The notes under the pieces: model-generated
Seen by the model: the letters and a program-made list of their open reading frames with translations, nothing else
What the model was told of the DNA's origin: nothing
The model's database searches: none
NCBI GenBank assembly: GCA_000434335.1
Contig: FR878314.1
Coordinates: forward strand, 992-64,991
Direction: 5' to 3'
From: Clostridium sp. CAG:492
GTDB lineage: Bacteria; Bacillota; Clostridia; TANB77; CAG-508
DNA: 64,000 bases
Made by a program: the position numbers and the translations under genes
In this document: positions 12,842 to 24,310 of the stretch, piece by piece
Layout of the letters: each line of letters starts with the position of its first letter
Numbering within the stretch: the stretch's first letter is position 1

Positions 12842-12878
12842 AAAAGTCAAATTCAGATGTATGTTGAGTTTGACTTTT
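12842..12878 (+). terminator. Hairpin/terminator after the kinase gene
   Basis: 10-bp stem AAAAGTCAAA/TTTGACTTTT. Confidence 0.5.
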
Positions 12879-13011
12879 AACATTTTTAAGAATCTTCTAT
12901 TGATAAAGATACCATAAATATGGTATTATTATTATGCAAAATTATGAGCAATGAACAATTTTACAATATAGTATAATTGTATTTATATAAAAATATATAG
13001 GAGGAACTTTA

Positions 13012-14829
13012 GTGGAAGATAGAAAAAAGCACATTAGAAATTTTAGCATAATTGCACATATAGATCATGGAAAATCTACACTTGCAGATAGATTAATTGA
13101 AATGACAGGTGTATTATCAAAACGTGAAATGGAAAGTCAAGTTTTAGATAATATGGATATAGAGCGTGAAAGAGGTATAACAATAAAGTCTCAGGCTGTC
13201 AGAATGTTATATAAAGCGAAAGATGGACAAGAATATGAATTTAATTTAATAGATACACCAGGACATGTTGATTTTAATTATGAAGTTTCTCGTAGTTTAG
13301 CTGCATGTGATGGAGCTATTTTAGTTGTTGATAGTAGCCAAGGTGTTGAAGCTCAAACTTTAGCAAATGTATATTTGGCAATTGATAATAATTTGGAAAT
13401 TTTACCAGTTATAAATAAAATAGATTTGCCTAATGCAAGACCACAAGAAGTTAAAGATGAAATTGAAGAAATAATAGGTATACCAGCGCAAGATGCACCA
13501 TGTATTTCAGCTAAATCTGGATTAAATGTTGAAGAGGTTTTAGAGCGAATTGTTACAGATATTCCTGCTCCAACAGGTGATGAAAATGCAGCTTTAAAAT
13601 GTTTAATATTTGATTCTTTATATGATAATTATAAAGGAGCAATTGCATATGTAAGAGTTAAAGATGGAACTGTAAAAGTTGGTGACGAAATTTTACTTAT
13701 GGCAGCTAAGAAAAAATTTGTTGTAACTGAGGTTGGATATTTTGAACCAGGTGAATACATTCCTTCAAACAAATTACAGGCTGGTGAAGTTGGTTATATA
13801 GCTGCAAGTATTAAAAATTTATCAGATATAAGAGTTGGTGATACAATAACATTGGCTGATAAGCCAGCACCAGAACCATTACCAGGATATAAAAAAGTTA
13901 ATCCTATGGTATATTGTGGTTTATATCCAATGGATGGAAGTGATTATGAAAATTTAAAAATCGCATTAGAAAAATTAAAACTTAATGATGCAGCATTAGA
14001 ATACGAGCAGGAAACATCTGCTGCATTAGGATTTGGATTTAGATGTGGATTTTTAGGATTATTACATTTGGAAATAATTGAAGAAAGATTAGATAGAGAA
14101 TTTGATTTAAGTTTAATTACAACATCCCCATCAGTTATTTATAAAGTACATAAAACAAATGGAGAAGTAATTGATTTATATAATCCGTCAGAATTACCTA
14201 TGCCAAATGAAATTTCATATATTGAAGAGCCTTTTGTTACAGCAGAAATTTTAACTCCAAAAGATTATGTTGGAGGAATTATGGAAATATGTCAAAACAG
14301 AAGAGGTATATATGTTGATATGAAGTACCTTGACCAAAACAGAGTTACTTTAATTTATGAATTGCCATTAAATGAAATTATATATGACTTCTTTGATAAT
14401 TTAAAATCTAAAACAAAAGGATATGCTTCTTTTGATTACGAATTTAAGGAGTATAGAAGGTCAGAGCTTGTTAAATTAGACATTTGGGTAAATGGTGAAA
14501 GTGTTGATGCATTATCATTTATAGTTCATAAAGATATGGCATATGACAAAGGAAAGAAAATGGTAGAAAAGCTAAAAACAGTAATTCCAAGACATTTATT
14601 TACAATTCCAATTCAAGCTGTAATTGGTGGTAAAATAATTGCAAGAGAAACTATATCTGCAATGAGAAAAGATGTACTTGCAAAATGTTATGGTGGAGAT
14701 ATTACAAGAAAGAAAAAATTATTAGAAAAACAAAAGCGTGGTAAGAAAAAAATGCGTGAAATTGGAAATGTAGAAATTCCTCAAGAGGCATTTTTATCTG
14801 TACTAAAACTTGATGATGAGAATAAATAA
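13012..14829 (+). CDS. lepA: Elongation factor 4 (LepA)
   Basis: GTG start after [23 protein letters not shown]1 motif, DTPGHVDF, and the LepA-specific C-terminal domain. Confidence 0.95.
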   Translation: MEDRKKHIRNFSIIAHIDHGKSTLADRLIEMTGVLSKREMESQVLDNMDIERERGITIKSQAVRMLYKAKDGQEYEFNLIDTPGHVDFNYEVSRSLAACDGAILVVDSSQGVEAQTLANVYLAIDNNLEILPVINKIDLPNARPQEVKDEIEEIIGIPAQDAPCISAKSGLNVEEVLERIVTDIPAPTGDENAALKCLIFDSLYDNYKGAIAYVRVKDGTVKVGDEILLMAAKKKFVVTEVGYFEPGEYIPSNKLQAGEVGYIAASIKNLSDIRVGDTITLADKPAPEPLPGYKKVNPMVYCGLYPMDGSDYENLKIALEKLKLNDAALEYEQETSAALGFGFRCGFLGLLHLEIIEERLDREFDLSLITTSPSVIYKVHKTNGEVIDLYNPSELPMPNEISYIEEPFVTAEILTPKDYVGGIMEICQNRRGIYVDMKYLDQNRVTLIYELPLNEIIYDFFDNLKSKTKGYASFDYEFKEYRRSELVKLDIWVNGESVDALSFIVHKDMAYDKGKKMVEKLKTVIPRHLFTIPIQAVIGGKIIARETISAMRKDVLAKCYGGDITRKKKLLEKQKRGKKKMREIGNVEIPQEAFLSVLKLDDENK

Positions 14830-14849
14830 TAAAATTTAAGGAGATAATC

Positions 14850-15614
14850 GTGAAAAAAAATAATAAAGAAAATGAAAAATTTGATGACCAAGTAGAAGGA
14901 CGTAACTCAGTTATAGAGCTACTAGAATCTGGAAGAGATATAAATAAAATTTATATTTCAAATGGTGAAAAACATGGCTCTATAAATAAAATTATTGAAC
15001 TTGCTAAAAAACGTAAAGTAGTAATATCACAAGTAGATAGAAACAAAATAAATCAAATGTCTCAAACTGATAATAACCAAGGTGTTATTGCAATTGTTCC
15101 TCCATTTGATTATTGTGATGTTGAAGATATTTTACAAGATGCCAAAAATAAAAATGAAGATCCATTTGTTGTTATATTAGATGGAATAGAAGATCCACAT
15201 AATTTAGGTTCTATTATAAGAACTGCAGAAACAGCAGGTGTTCATGGAATTATAATACCAAAAAGAAGAGCTGCACAGGTAAATAGTACAGTAAATAAAG
15301 TATCTGCTGGTGCTGTGGAACATATGAAAATAGCAAGAGTTAATAATATAAATGAAACCATTAAGTATTTGAAAGACGAAGGATTATGGGTTTGTGGAAC
15401 AGATATGAATACAAATACTTATTATTATGATCAAGATTTTAAAATGCCAATTGCAATTGTAATAGGTAGTGAAGGTTTTGGTATGAGCAGGCTTGTAAAA
15501 GAAAATTGTGACTTTTTAGTAAAAATTCCTATGAAAGGAAAGATAACTTCTCTTAATGCAGCAGTTTCTGCTGGAATTGTTATGTATGAAGTAGTAGAAC
15601 AAAGGATAAAATAA
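14850..15614 (+). CDS. rlmB: 23S rRNA (guanosine-2'-O)-methyltransferase, SpoU/TrmH family (RlmB-like)
   Basis: GTG start after AAGGAG. Carries the SpoU motifs DPHNLGSIIRTAE, IGSEGFG and SLNAAVSAGI. Confidence 0.8.
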   Translation: MKKNNKENEKFDDQVEGRNSVIELLESGRDINKIYISNGEKHGSINKIIELAKKRKVVISQVDRNKINQMSQTDNNQGVIAIVPPFDYCDVEDILQDAKNKNEDPFVVILDGIEDPHNLGSIIRTAETAGVHGIIIPKRRAAQVNSTVNKVSAGAVEHMKIARVNNINETIKYLKDEGLWVCGTDMNTNTYYYDQDFKMPIAIVIGSEGFGMSRLVKENCDFLVKIPMKGKITSLNAAVSAGIVMYEVVEQRIK

Positions 15615-15683
15615 ACTGATGGATGGAAAATTAGGAAAATTTAACAAAATTTTGTATCCTAAAGGAGATGAATATTAATAAAA

Positions 15684-17006
15684 ATGAGAAAAAGAAAAAT
15701 TATATTAATCATATTAATTGTTTTATTGTTAATAGTTGGTATATTAGCTTTTTTATATTATAAGACAGATATTCTAAAAACAGATGAACAGTTATTTTGG
15801 AAATATGCTGTGAAAAATAGTGAACTTACACAAATGTTTAATAATAATGATATAACAGAAATTGAAAAACAAAAAATAAACAATAGTTATAAAGTTGATA
15901 GTAATTTAGATATTAATACAAAGAACAGTGTATATAAAGTAGTATCAAAAACAAATGCTAATAATTCAAATGATATTTTTACACAAGTAGAATTTAGTAA
16001 AAATTCGGATAATATTATGAATTTTAATTTAGTTAAAAGAAGTAATATTATAGGAATAAAAATGGATGAACTAGCTAATGGATATATATCGTTAAAAAAT
16101 AGTAATTTAAAAAGCCTAGCAAGTAAAATTGGTGTTGAAAATACCGAAAAATTTCCTGATAATATAAATTGGGGAACTTGCTTAGATATATTAGAAATAT
16201 CTGATGATGATATGAGCTATATAACAGATAAATATAGTAAATTAATAATTTCAAATACAAACAAAAGTAATTATAGTAAAATTGGTACTGCGGGAATAAA
16301 AATTAATGAAAGAATTCATACAGCTAAAGGATATAAATTAACATTATCAGAAAATGAATCAAAAAATATTTTAGCTAATATTTTTGAAGAACTATCAAAA
16401 GATAGTAGAACATTGAATTTAATAACATCTAAAATGAAAATGTTAAATTTACCTAGTGAGTATACACAAATAAATTTGCTATCAAATAAATTCTTGGAAA
16501 TTTCAAATAACATAAAATCAATGGAAACCACTGATGATGAATTAATTGAAATTATTGTTTATGAAGAAAATTCGAGATTAATACAAACTGATATAAAATT
16601 TGGTAAAGACCGATTAATTAAAATTGTAAATGATAAAGAAAATAATAAAATAAATATTAAACAGGAGCTATTAACAGATAACTTTAGTAGCAAGTTTGTA
16701 TTAACGATTTCAGATTTATTAAATAAAATATGTAATCAAATAGAGGAAATTAATATATCAAATGAAATAAATGAAAAAAATATAATATCAACAAAAATAG
16801 AAATTTTATGTAAAAATGATGTAAATATTAACTATAGTTCTGTAACACAAATAACAGACGAAATTGATAAAAGCAATGATTATGAAAAATCAAACAAGAT
16901 TGTTTTAAACGATTTAAATGAAAATCAATTAAAAAATTTATATAATGCAATAACTAATACTGCTTTAAGTATTTATCAGGATAAAAAGGCTATTTTATTT
17001 AATTAA
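15684..17006 (+). CDS. Hypothetical membrane-anchored protein (single N-terminal TM segment, Asn/Lys-rich)
   Basis: 440-aa ORF with an N-terminal hydrophobic segment ILIILIVLLLIVGILAFLYY. No recognisable catalytic motif. Confidence 0.5.
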   Translation: MRKRKIILIILIVLLLIVGILAFLYYKTDILKTDEQLFWKYAVKNSELTQMFNNNDITEIEKQKINNSYKVDSNLDINTKNSVYKVVSKTNANNSNDIFTQVEFSKNSDNIMNFNLVKRSNIIGIKMDELANGYISLKNSNLKSLASKIGVENTEKFPDNINWGTCLDILEISDDDMSYITDKYSKLIISNTNKSNYSKIGTAGIKINERIHTAKGYKLTLSENESKNILANIFEELSKDSRTLNLITSKMKMLNLPSEYTQINLLSNKFLEISNNIKSMETTDDELIEIIVYEENSRLIQTDIKFGKDRLIKIVNDKENNKINIKQELLTDNFSSKFVLTISDLLNKICNQIEEINISNEINEKNIISTKIEILCKNDVNINYSSVTQITDEIDKSNDYEKSNKIVLNDLNENQLKNLYNAITNTALSIYQDKKAILFN

Positions 17007-17030
17007 AAATAAAGTTTAGGGGGAATACAT

Positions 17031-17729
17031 ATGAATTGGAATATTAAAGAAAATTACTTGAATTGGAATGAAGATATATCGAATAAAGAAGAAAAGATGA
17101 AGATAGCAATAGATGTTGCAAAAAAAGTAAAAGATGGAGATGTTATAGGTTTCGGATCTGGATCCACATCATTTTTGGCTGCTAAAGAGATTGCAAAAAA
17201 AGTAGAAAATGAAAATATAAAAATAACAGCAATTCCAACATCATATGAAATAAAGTTGTTATGTGTTTCTTTGAATATTCCGACAGCATCAATAATTGAA
17301 AAAAAGCCTGATTGGAGTTTTGATGGTACTGATGAGGTGGATGAAAATAACTGGCTAATTAAAGGACGAGGTGCAGCAATGTTCAAAGAAAAAATGAATA
17401 TTCTGAATTCGAAAAAAGTATATATACTTGCTGATAAAAGTAAGTTTGTAAAAAAATTAGGAGAGAATTTTTGTATTCCTATAGAATGCTACCCTGAAAG
17501 TATTAATTATGTGAAAACAGAGCTATACAAACTAGGAATAAAATCTTGTACTTTAAGATGCGGCAAGGGGAAAGATGGCCCTATAATTACAGAAAATAAT
17601 AATCTTATATTAGATGCTAAATTTGAAAAAATTGATGAAAGTTTGGAAAAAAATATAAAATTAATAACAGGTGTTATAGAAACCGGTTTATTTATAGGAT
17701 ATAATAATATAGAAATTATAAAATTATAG
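17031..17729 (+). CDS. rpiA: Ribose-5-phosphate isomerase A
   Basis: GFGSGSTS, DGTDEVD, KGRGAAMFKEK and GVIETGLF motifs match RpiA. Confidence 0.8.
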   Translation: MNWNIKENYLNWNEDISNKEEKMKIAIDVAKKVKDGDVIGFGSGSTSFLAAKEIAKKVENENIKITAIPTSYEIKLLCVSLNIPTASIIEKKPDWSFDGTDEVDENNWLIKGRGAAMFKEKMNILNSKKVYILADKSKFVKKLGENFCIPIECYPESINYVKTELYKLGIKSCTLRCGKGKDGPIITENNNLILDAKFEKIDESLEKNIKLITGVIETGLFIGYNNIEIIKL

Positions 17730-17763
17730 GTAAAAATAAATTAAAAAAGGAATGTGAAAAGTT

Positions 17764-18234
17764 GTGAAAAGGGTATTATTTATTTCAAGTACAGGTGGTC
17801 ATTTTAGTGAGCTTTTACAATTAAAACCACTATTTAAAAAATATGAATCATTTATAATAACAGAAAAAGATAAAACGAATGAGCATTTTAAAGATGAGTA
17901 TGGAGATAAATTATATTTTTTACCATATGGAACTAGAAGTAAATTGTTTACATATATTTTTAAATATTTGTATTTATGCCTAAAAACAATATACTTATAT
18001 TTTAAAATACGTCCAAAATATATTGTTACAACAGGTACTCATACTGCAGTTCCAATGTGTTATTTAGGAAAACTATTTGGTAGTAAAATTATTTTCATAG
18101 AAACATTTGCAAATTCTGAATCAAAAACTTTGTCTGGAAAAATGATATATCCAATAGCTAATTTGTTTATTGTTCAATGGAAAGAAATGTTAAAATTATA
18201 CCCTAAAGCAATATATGGAGGACCAATATATTAA
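17764..18234 (+). CDS. Alg14-like / PssD-Cps14F-like glycosyltransferase membrane-anchor subunit
   Basis: 156 aa. N-terminal VLFISSTGGHFSELLQL is typical of the PssD/Alg14 family. GTG start. Confidence 0.65.
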   Translation: MKRVLFISSTGGHFSELLQLKPLFKKYESFIITEKDKTNEHFKDEYGDKLYFLPYGTRSKLFTYIFKYLYLCLKTIYLYFKIRPKYIVTTGTHTAVPMCYLGKLFGSKIIFIETFANSESKTLSGKMIYPIANLFIVQWKEMLKLYPKAIYGGPIY

Positions 18235-18269
18235 TATTATAAAATTATATTGATGAAAGGATAATAAAA

Positions 18270-18749
18270 ATGATATTAGTATTATTAGGCACACAAAATA
18301 ATAGTTTTGTTAGATTGTTAAAGGCCATACAAAAAAATATTGATAAAAAAGTAATAACAGATGAAGTTGTTGTACAAGCAGGGTTTACAAAATTTGATTC
18401 AAAAGATATGAAAATATTTGGATTAATTGACAAGAAAAAGCTTTCAAAATTGCAAGATAAAGCAGATTTAATTATAACACACGGAGGAGTAGGTTCAATT
18501 ATTTCTTCATTGGAAAAAGAAAAAAAAGTGATAGTAGTTCCAAGATTAAAAAAATATAATGAACACGTTAATGACCATCAAATTCAAATTGCAGAAAAGT
18601 TTGAAAAAAATGGATATGTAAGAAGTGTAACAGACTTAGATAAATTAGGGGATACAATAAAATCGATGAAGGATTTTGAGCCTAAAAAATATATAAGTGG
18701 AAATGAAAAAATTCTATCAATAATTGAAGATTATATAAATAATAATTGA
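18270..18749 (+). CDS. Alg13-like / PssE-Cps14G-like glycosyltransferase catalytic subunit (GT28 C-terminal domain)
   Basis: 159 aa. Contains LIITHGGVGSI and an HQ..IA motif. Paired with the preceding Alg14-like gene. Confidence 0.65.
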   Translation: MILVLLGTQNNSFVRLLKAIQKNIDKKVITDEVVVQAGFTKFDSKDMKIFGLIDKKKLSKLQDKADLIITHGGVGSIISSLEKEKKVIVVPRLKKYNEHVNDHQIQIAEKFEKNGYVRSVTDLDKLGDTIKSMKDFEPKKYISGNEKILSIIEDYINNN

Positions 18750-18770
18750 AAACAGTAAAGAGGGGAAATA

Positions 18771-20663
18771 ATGTTAAATAAAGCAATTAATGTATTAAAA
18801 AAATATACGAATATAATAGTCAATTCAGATTTAATTATAATTTTTACAGGCTTAGTATTGTTTGGTAAAATGTGCTTTTTTTATGAAAGAACAATATATT
18901 TTTCTGATGTTATGCAAAAAGAAATTGTTGAAAAAACGTTTATTTATTCAATGTATTTAGTTACATTATTATTTATACTAAAAAATAAATCGAGATTTAT
19001 TTGTGCATATATTATAAATTTATTTATGAGTATTTTAATGTTGGCAGACGAGATATATTACAATTATTCTTCGAGTTTAATATCTATTGTTCAAATAAGT
19101 AATCTTCAATATTCAGATCAGATATCAGCAACAATAGGAGATTTAACGAATTTTTCGCAAATTTTATATTTTTTAGATTTAATAATTGTAATAGTATTGT
19201 TAATCACTAAATTTATAAAAATTGAAAATATAAAAAGAAAAAGTTGGAAACCAGCAATACTATACGTAACGATTATGACTATCATATTTGAATCTACAAT
19301 TCCTAATTATATCGCAGAAGCTAAAGAAAGTAGATACAATAAAAAAATGCAGTTAGAGCTTGGAACTTTATATACATTTCATTATTTAGATATACAAAGC
19401 AACATAAATTTAAAAAAGACAGCAAAATATAATTCAAAAAATGATGTCTTAAATGCATATAATAATTTGAAGCAAGATTATAATCAAAAATATGAAAAAG
19501 ATATATATAATTTAAAAAATGTAGCAGAAGGTAAAAATGTAATATTACTACAACTTGAATCATTACAAAATTTTGTTATTAATAAAAAAATCAATGATAA
19601 AGAAATAACACCAAATATTAATAAATTTTTAAATGAAAATATAAAAATTAATAATATGATAATTCAAAGCTATTCTACAACCGCAGATTCAGAACACTCA
19701 GCAATGTCATCACTATATCCTTTAGAAAATGGGATGGCTTTTGCACAATATAGTGGGAATAAATATAATGATATATTTGATTTATATAAAGAAAAAAACT
19801 ACTATACTGTATATATGCACGGAAATGAAGAAACTTTTTGGAATAGAAAAAATGTGTATAATGCAATGCAAATTGATGAAATAGATTTTATAGATAGTTT
19901 TGATCCAGATAGTGAATTAATTAATAATTGGATATCTGATGAAGCATTATACAAACAAGCTGTAGAAAAATTAAAAAAGACAGATACACCATTTTTTACC
20001 AGTATTGTAGCTTCATCATCACATACAGGATTTGATCTGCCAGGGTTAGATAATAAATATCAAAAAGTATCAATAGATGTAGGCAAATATAAAGATACAT
20101 ATTTTGGTAATTACTTAGAAGCTGTTAATTATGCTGATTACGCTTTTGGAGCTTTTATTGAAAAGCTAAAAGAAGAAAATTTATATGATGATACTGTAAT
20201 ATTTATATTTGGAGATCATTATGGAATGCAGATGCATAATGAAGAAATGTTAGATTTTATTAAAGAATGTGATCACGAACTAAATAACGTTGAAACTGAA
20301 ATTAATTACGTAAATGTAGTATGTGGTATAAAGATTCCAGAAATTGAAAACATAGAAATAGAAAAGACTGTAAGTAAATTAGACATAAAACCAACATTAA
20401 GTTATATATGTGGATTAAGCGATGAAGTATCATTAGGAACAAATATATTTGGAACCAAAGATTTTGCTTGTTTAAATAATGGAATAATTGTTTCTGATGA
20501 TTATTACTATAATGGTGTTTGGTATGAACGATTAAATGGAAAAGAAATAAATTTGGATAATTTAGACGATGGTAAAAAAAATTTATTAAATTATTATAAA
20601 AATAAAATGGAAGATGAGCTTACAATTTCTAATTCAATTGTATTAAATAATTTACTAAAGTGA
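18771..20663 (+). CDS. LTA-synthase-family (LtaS-like) sulfatase-fold phosphoglycerol transferase
   Basis: Multi-TM N-terminus followed by an extracellular sulfatase-like domain (LLQLESLQNF, TADSEHSAMSSLYP, FGDHYG). Confidence 0.75.
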   Translation: MLNKAINVLKKYTNIIVNSDLIIIFTGLVLFGKMCFFYERTIYFSDVMQKEIVEKTFIYSMYLVTLLFILKNKSRFICAYIINLFMSILMLADEIYYNYSSSLISIVQISNLQYSDQISATIGDLTNFSQILYFLDLIIVIVLLITKFIKIENIKRKSWKPAILYVTIMTIIFESTIPNYIAEAKESRYNKKMQLELGTLYTFHYLDIQSNINLKKTAKYNSKNDVLNAYNNLKQDYNQKYEKDIYNLKNVAEGKNVILLQLESLQNFVINKKINDKEITPNINKFLNENIKINNMIIQSYSTTADSEHSAMSSLYPLENGMAFAQYSGNKYNDIFDLYKEKNYYTVYMHGNEETFWNRKNVYNAMQIDEIDFIDSFDPDSELINNWISDEALYKQAVEKLKKTDTPFFTSIVASSSHTGFDLPGLDNKYQKVSIDVGKYKDTYFGNYLEAVNYADYAFGAFIEKLKEENLYDDTVIFIFGDHYGMQMHNEEMLDFIKECDHELNNVETEINYVNVVCGIKIPEIENIEIEKTVSKLDIKPTLSYICGLSDEVSLGTNIFGTKDFACLNNGIIVSDDYYYNGVWYERLNGKEINLDNLDDGKKNLLNYYKNKMEDELTISNSIVLNNLLK

Positions 20664-20675
20664 AGTTGAGGAAGG

Positions 20676-21698
20676 ATGAAATTTTTTATGGATAATAATC
20701 AATTAATAAGGCCAGAGCTTGAAGATGATTTAGAAGAAAATTTAGAGTCATCAATAAGACCTAGACTATTAGAAGAATATATTGGACAATCTAAGGTAAA
20801 AGAGAATATGAAAATATATATAGAAGCTGCAAAAAAGAGAGGAGAGCCATTAGATCATGTCTTACTTTATGGCCCACCAGGATTAGGTAAAACAACTCTT
20901 GCTAATATTATTGCAAATGAAATGAATTCAAATATAAAAGTTACATCTGGTCCAGCAATAGAAAAAGCAGGTGACCTAGCAGCATTACTTACAAATTTGA
21001 ATGAGTTTGATGTTTTATTTATTGATGAAATACATAGATTAAATAAAAATGTAGAAGAAATTTTATATCCAGCATTGGAAGACTTTACTTTAGATATAGT
21101 AATTGGTAAAGGTCCAACATCAAAATCTATAAGGATAGATTTACCAAAATTTACATTAATAGGTGCAACCACAAAAGCAGGATCTTTGTCAACACCACTA
21201 AGAGATAGATTTGGAATTGTAAACAGATTAGAGCTATATGATATAAATGATTTGAAAAAAATTGTAAAAAGAACAGCAAAAATTTTAGAAGTAAACATAG
21301 ATGATTCTTCAGCAGAAGAAATAGCAAGAAGATCAAGAGGAACACCTAGAATAGCGAACAGGCTCTTAAAAAGAGTGAGAGACTATGCAATAGTATTATC
21401 AGATAATGAAATAGATATAAAGCTTACAAAAGTGGCTTTAAATAGATTAGAAATAGATGAATTAGGATTAGATGAAATAGATAGAAAAATATTAGAAACA
21501 ATGATAGAAAAATATGGAGGTAGACCAGTTGGAATAGATACATTAGCAACAACAGTAGGTGAAGAAGTAGAAACAATTGAGGACGTGTACGAGCCATATT
21601 TAATTCAAATAGGATTTATATCGAGAACAATAAGAGGAAGGATTCCATTACCAGCTGCATATGCACATATGGGGTATAAAATTGAAAATAGAAATTAG
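20676..21698 (+). CDS. ruvB: Holliday junction branch migration helicase RuvB
   Basis: [14 protein letters not shown] Walker [20 protein letters not shown]. No ruvA is adjacent in this window. Confidence 0.95.
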   Translation: MKFFMDNNQLIRPELEDDLEENLESSIRPRLLEEYIGQSKVKENMKIYIEAAKKRGEPLDHVLLYGPPGLGKTTLANIIANEMNSNIKVTSGPAIEKAGDLAALLTNLNEFDVLFIDEIHRLNKNVEEILYPALEDFTLDIVIGKGPTSKSIRIDLPKFTLIGATTKAGSLSTPLRDRFGIVNRLELYDINDLKKIVKRTAKILEVNIDDSSAEEIARRSRGTPRIANRLLKRVRDYAIVLSDNEIDIKLTKVALNRLEIDELGLDEIDRKILETMIEKYGGRPVGIDTLATTVGEEVETIEDVYEPYLIQIGFISRTIRGRIPLPAAYAHMGYKIENRN

Positions 21699-21741
21699 TT
21701 GTAAAGTATGATTTATAAGGAATAAAAGGAGTTTTCTAATA

Positions 21742-23274
21742 ATGAAAAAATTAAGAGATATATTATTTTGGAGTGGAGTTTTTTTAGTAATTTTAACATA
21801 TATTTTAATAAAACCACTAGATGATTTAGATGAAATATGGAATTTTAATACTGCAAGATGTATAGCTGATGGTTTGATTCCATATAAAGATATTAGTATG
21901 ATAACTACTCCGCTTTTAGGTTTTATAACTGCGCTTTTTTTGAAAATATTTGGAACTGAAATGTTTGTAACAAGAATAATGGCAGCATTGTTGGCAGTTG
22001 TTAGTTTAATTGTAATATATAATATTTGCAGAAAATTAGAAATAGAAAAATCAATATCTAAATTATTAATATTAATAATTATGTTTATAATGAAGGAATA
22101 TTATTGTTTAGATTACAACTTTCTTGTTTTAACAATAACACTAATAATAATGTTATTAGAGCTAAAATATATAAAAAATAATAATCAAAGTACAAAAAAT
22201 GATATAATTATAGGAATTTTAGGTGGTTTATCATTTTGTACGAAGCAATCAATAGGTTTTCTAGTTAGTGTTATTGTTGTATTAAGTCCATTATTTGATA
22301 TAAAAAGTAAGTCAAATTTTAAAAAAATTTTGAAAAAAGCATATATGAGAATTATTGGAATTTTAGTTCCAATTTTAATATTTTTTATATATTTAATAAT
22401 AACAGGGGCTTTTTCTGAATTCTTTAGTTATTGTGTTTGGGGAATAAAAACATTTTCAAATAGTATGCCATATGAAAAACTAATAACATCTGAAGATATA
22501 ACAATAAAAATATTAAGCATAATAAGTCCAATTATTTTGATTATATCTATAGCAATTAATATAATATTTATATTATTGAAGAAAAGAAAAAATTTTTTAT
22601 TATTATTAACAGCATATTCTTTGCCAATATTTACAATGTCATATCCAATTTCAGACAACATACACTTTCTTATATCTATAGTACCGATGTATATATTGTT
22701 TATTTATGAAATAAAGTTATTATTGAAAGGTTTTAAAATTATAAATCTTAAATATTTGTTTGAATTTATAGAAATTATATCATTTGTTTTTATAATAATT
22801 TTTACAGGATATACAGAAATAAAATATAGAAATGAATTGGGAGAATTAAGTAAATATAAAGCATTAAAGCATTTTAATAATATTATAGTGAGTAAAAATA
22901 TTTTAAATTTAACAGAAAGAACAGATGAATATATTCTAACTTCTGAAAAGGATGTATATATATTAGATTCAAATGCAGCATTATATATGATACCAATTGA
23001 TAGATATAATAAAAATTTTGATATGTTTCAAAAAGGAAATTTTGGAAAAGATGGCGAGAATGGCCAAATAGATAAAATAAATAGTCAAGAAAATGTTAGA
23101 TATATGATTTTAAGAGAAGATTACATTCAAAATTGGCAAACACCACAAAGTGTAATAACATATGTAAGAGAGAATTTTAATAAAATTGGAGAAGTTGGTG
23201 TTTATGATATATATGAAAAGGGAAATGGCGTGAATATAAAAATAAAAGGTATAAAAAGTGAGGTAATAGAATGA
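21742..23274 (+). CDS. Polytopic membrane protein, GT-C (ArnT/PMT, GT39-like) glycosyltransferase candidate
   Basis: 510 aa with more than 10 predicted TM segments and an acidic DDLDEIW motif in the first loop, as in GT-C enzymes. Confidence 0.5.
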   Translation: MKKLRDILFWSGVFLVILTYILIKPLDDLDEIWNFNTARCIADGLIPYKDISMITTPLLGFITALFLKIFGTEMFVTRIMAALLAVVSLIVIYNICRKLEIEKSISKLLILIIMFIMKEYYCLDYNFLVLTITLIIMLLELKYIKNNNQSTKNDIIIGILGGLSFCTKQSIGFLVSVIVVLSPLFDIKSKSNFKKILKKAYMRIIGILVPILIFFIYLIITGAFSEFFSYCVWGIKTFSNSMPYEKLITSEDITIKILSIISPIILIISIAINIIFILLKKRKNFLLLLTAYSLPIFTMSYPISDNIHFLISIVPMYILFIYEIKLLLKGFKIINLKYLFEFIEIISFVFIIIFTGYTEIKYRNELGELSKYKALKHFNNIIVSKNILNLTERTDEYILTSEKDVYILDSNAALYMIPIDRYNKNFDMFQKGNFGKDGENGQIDKINSQENVRYMILREDYIQNWQTPQSVITYVRENFNKIGEVGVYDIYEKGNGVNIKIKGIKSEVIE

Positions 23275-24308
23275 AATTATTAATGCATACGTGCTGCGCT
23301 CCTTGTAGTGTGTATTGTATAGATGAATTAAGAAAAAATGGAATAGAGCCAACATTATATTGGTATAATCCCAATATACATCCCTATACAGAATATATAG
23401 CAAGAAGGGATTGTTTAAAAGAATATGCAAATATAATTAATGTAAAAACTATATTTAATGAAGAGTATGGTTTGGATGAATTTTGTAAAAATGTAGCAGA
23501 TAATATAAATGCTAGATGTGTAGAATATTGTTATCCAATAAGATTAAGAAAAACATTTGAATATGCAAAGAAAAATGGATACGATACAGTAACAACAACA
23601 CTGCTATATAGCATTTACCAAAAGCATGAATATATAAAAAAATTAATGGAAGACCTAAGCAAAGAATTTGATATAAATTTTTTATATATAGATTTTAGAA
23701 AAGGTTTTTGGATAGGTCACGATAAAGCAATAGAACAAGGTCTATATATGCAAAAATATTGTGGATGTATTTTTTCAGAAGAAGATAGATATCTCAATCG
23801 TAATATATCAAAACCTACATTACCAGAAGGCTATGAACAGTTAAAAAGACAGAGGTTAGAGCTAAAAAAAATAGAAAATAAAGAGGCATATATTGATTTA
23901 TTATTAGAAGCTATTCCGTCAAGAGATATTATTTTAAAGTATTTACAGGAATCAGATTGTTATGGATTAAAACGTGGAGATGAGATAGTTTCTTTGGCTG
24001 TTATTTTTAAAAGCAATAAAAAAACAATAGAGCTAAAAGCTTTAGTTACAAAGCAAGAATACAGAAACAAAGGATACGCTAAAAAAATATTAAAATCTTT
24101 GTGTGGAAACTATAAACAAAAATATGAAAAAATGTTAGTAGGAACAACTGAAAACAATATTCCATTTTATGTAAAATTAGGATTTGATAAATATGAAAAA
24201 ACAGTAAAAGATTATTTTATAACTAACTATAGCAAAGAAATAAAGTGCGGAAATTTTGTTTATACAGATCTGATATATTATTCAAAAAATTTAAACGAAA
24301 AAATGTAA
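23271..24308 (+). CDS. queH: Epoxyqueuosine reductase QueH (DUF208) fused to a C-terminal GNAT acetyltransferase domain
   Basis: N-terminal LLMHTCCAPCS and YCGCIFSEE cysteine motifs indicate QueH. C-terminal residues about 210-345 carry the GNAT motif EYRNKGYAKKIL. The ATGA start overlaps the upstream gene. Confidence 0.75.
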   Translation: MKLLMHTCCAPCSVYCIDELRKNGIEPTLYWYNPNIHPYTEYIARRDCLKEYANIINVKTIFNEEYGLDEFCKNVADNINARCVEYCYPIRLRKTFEYAKKNGYDTVTTTLLYSIYQKHEYIKKLMEDLSKEFDINFLYIDFRKGFWIGHDKAIEQGLYMQKYCGCIFSEEDRYLNRNISKPTLPEGYEQLKRQRLELKKIENKEAYIDLLLEAIPSRDIILKYLQESDCYGLKRGDEIVSLAVIFKSNKKTIELKALVTKQEYRNKGYAKKILKSLCGNYKQKYEKMLVGTTENNIPFYVKLGFDKYEKTVKDYFITNYSKEIKCGNFVYTDLIYYSKNLNEKM

Positions 24309-24310
24309 TA

